A DNA stretch of 64,000 bases from a virus, in IMG/VR virus record IMGVR_UViG_3300045988_173968; one strand, 5' to 3'. Numbering within the stretch: the first letter of the stretch is position 1; each line of letters begins with the position of its first letter. Below the pieces are notes generated by a model that was given only the letters and a program-made list of their open reading frames with translations, had not been told where the DNA came from and ran no database searches. The position numbers were made by a program, and so were the translations under genes. Shown piece by piece: positions 63,831-64,000 of this stretch.

Positions 63831-63947
63831 TCAGCTGAAAATGGCTTGATCAAGCGGGTTTTCATATCTTTTTACGAAGATCATGGTATACTCATAATAG
63901 TCGGTAAGCAGGGTCAGGTTGCGTTCACGGGTGATATAATCGCTCAT
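63831..63947 (-). pseudogene. 38-codon 5' fragment of a nicotinate phosphoribosyltransferase-like gene
   Basis: AAGGAGGA RBS. MSDYITRERNLTLLTDYYEYTM matches the NAPRT N-terminal signature (NLxLLTDxYExTM). It is followed by unrelated sequence and a TGA. Confidence 0.45.
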
Positions 63948-64000
63948 AAGTAATCCTCCTTTTGGAATAGATTTTTGTTTCCGATGCATCTCTTTGTAGA

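Larger units (their letters stand above)
1..63880. mobile_element. Tailed-phage (siphovirus-like) genome segment or prophage; continues beyond the left window edge
   Basis: Contiguous terminase, portal, capsid, tail tube, tape measure, fibre and lysis genes, plus tRNAs, a recombinase and TA morons. No sheath gene seen. Right limit estimated where similarity to a host NAPRT-like gene begins. Confidence 0.85.

Noticed and set aside
63771-63953. Plus-strand 60-aa ORF at the right edge
   Set aside because: It is antisense to the RBS-preceded NAPRT-like fragment, and it has no RBS and no recognisable motif.

Overview
The window is almost entirely a tailed-phage (siphovirus-like) genome or prophage of a low-GC Firmicutes-type host, and it continues past the left edge. 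All homology calls below come from motif recognition by eye; no database search was run.

Layout:
- 1-8.5 kb: a minus-strand block of small, tightly coupled early genes. It is interspersed with four canonical tRNAs (Ser-UGA, Ile-UAU, Pro-UGG, Leu-UAA), two aberrant tRNA-like elements, a secreted glucosaminidase and an ORF-free 457-nt stretch.
- 8.5-10.6 kb: an ORF-poor, visibly G+C-rich island with one Ala-rich ORF.
- 10.8 kb: a tyrosine recombinase.
- 11.8-20.5 kb (+): P-loop NTPase, HAD-like pair, two metallophosphoesterases, an HslV-like protein, a YonO/RdRP-like single-subunit RNA polymerase and an HU-like protein.
- 20.7-32.9 kb: packaging, head and tail-tube genes.
- 32.9-47.9 kb: an inserted block with a RuvC-like resolvase, seven fibre-like genes and a radical-SAM/SPASM cassette flanked by two proteins carrying 24-25 Cys-X3 repeats.
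- 47.9-58.8 kb: tape measure and tail-tip genes.
- 58.8-61.2 kb: lysis genes.
- 61.2-63.7 kb: three accessory units with host-type promoters. These are a toxSAS-PanA toxin-antitoxin pair, a small terminated transcript, and a type III ToxIN-like system with 3 x 33-nt RNA repeats.
- The right end carries a 38-codon fragment of a nicotinate phosphoribosyltransferase-like gene, which may mark an att junction.

Main observations:
1. At least nine plus-strand genes contain in-frame TAG codons (11 TAGs in all) and never an in-frame TAA or TGA. These include the polymerase, large terminase and tape measure. TAG therefore appears to be read as a sense codon, as in code 15, but no CUA-anticodon tRNA is present in the window.
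2. The CXXX-repeat radical-SAM cassette sits inside the virion module.
3. Five otherwise different small early proteins share a C-terminal FEDELxxLLGG double-glycine tail.
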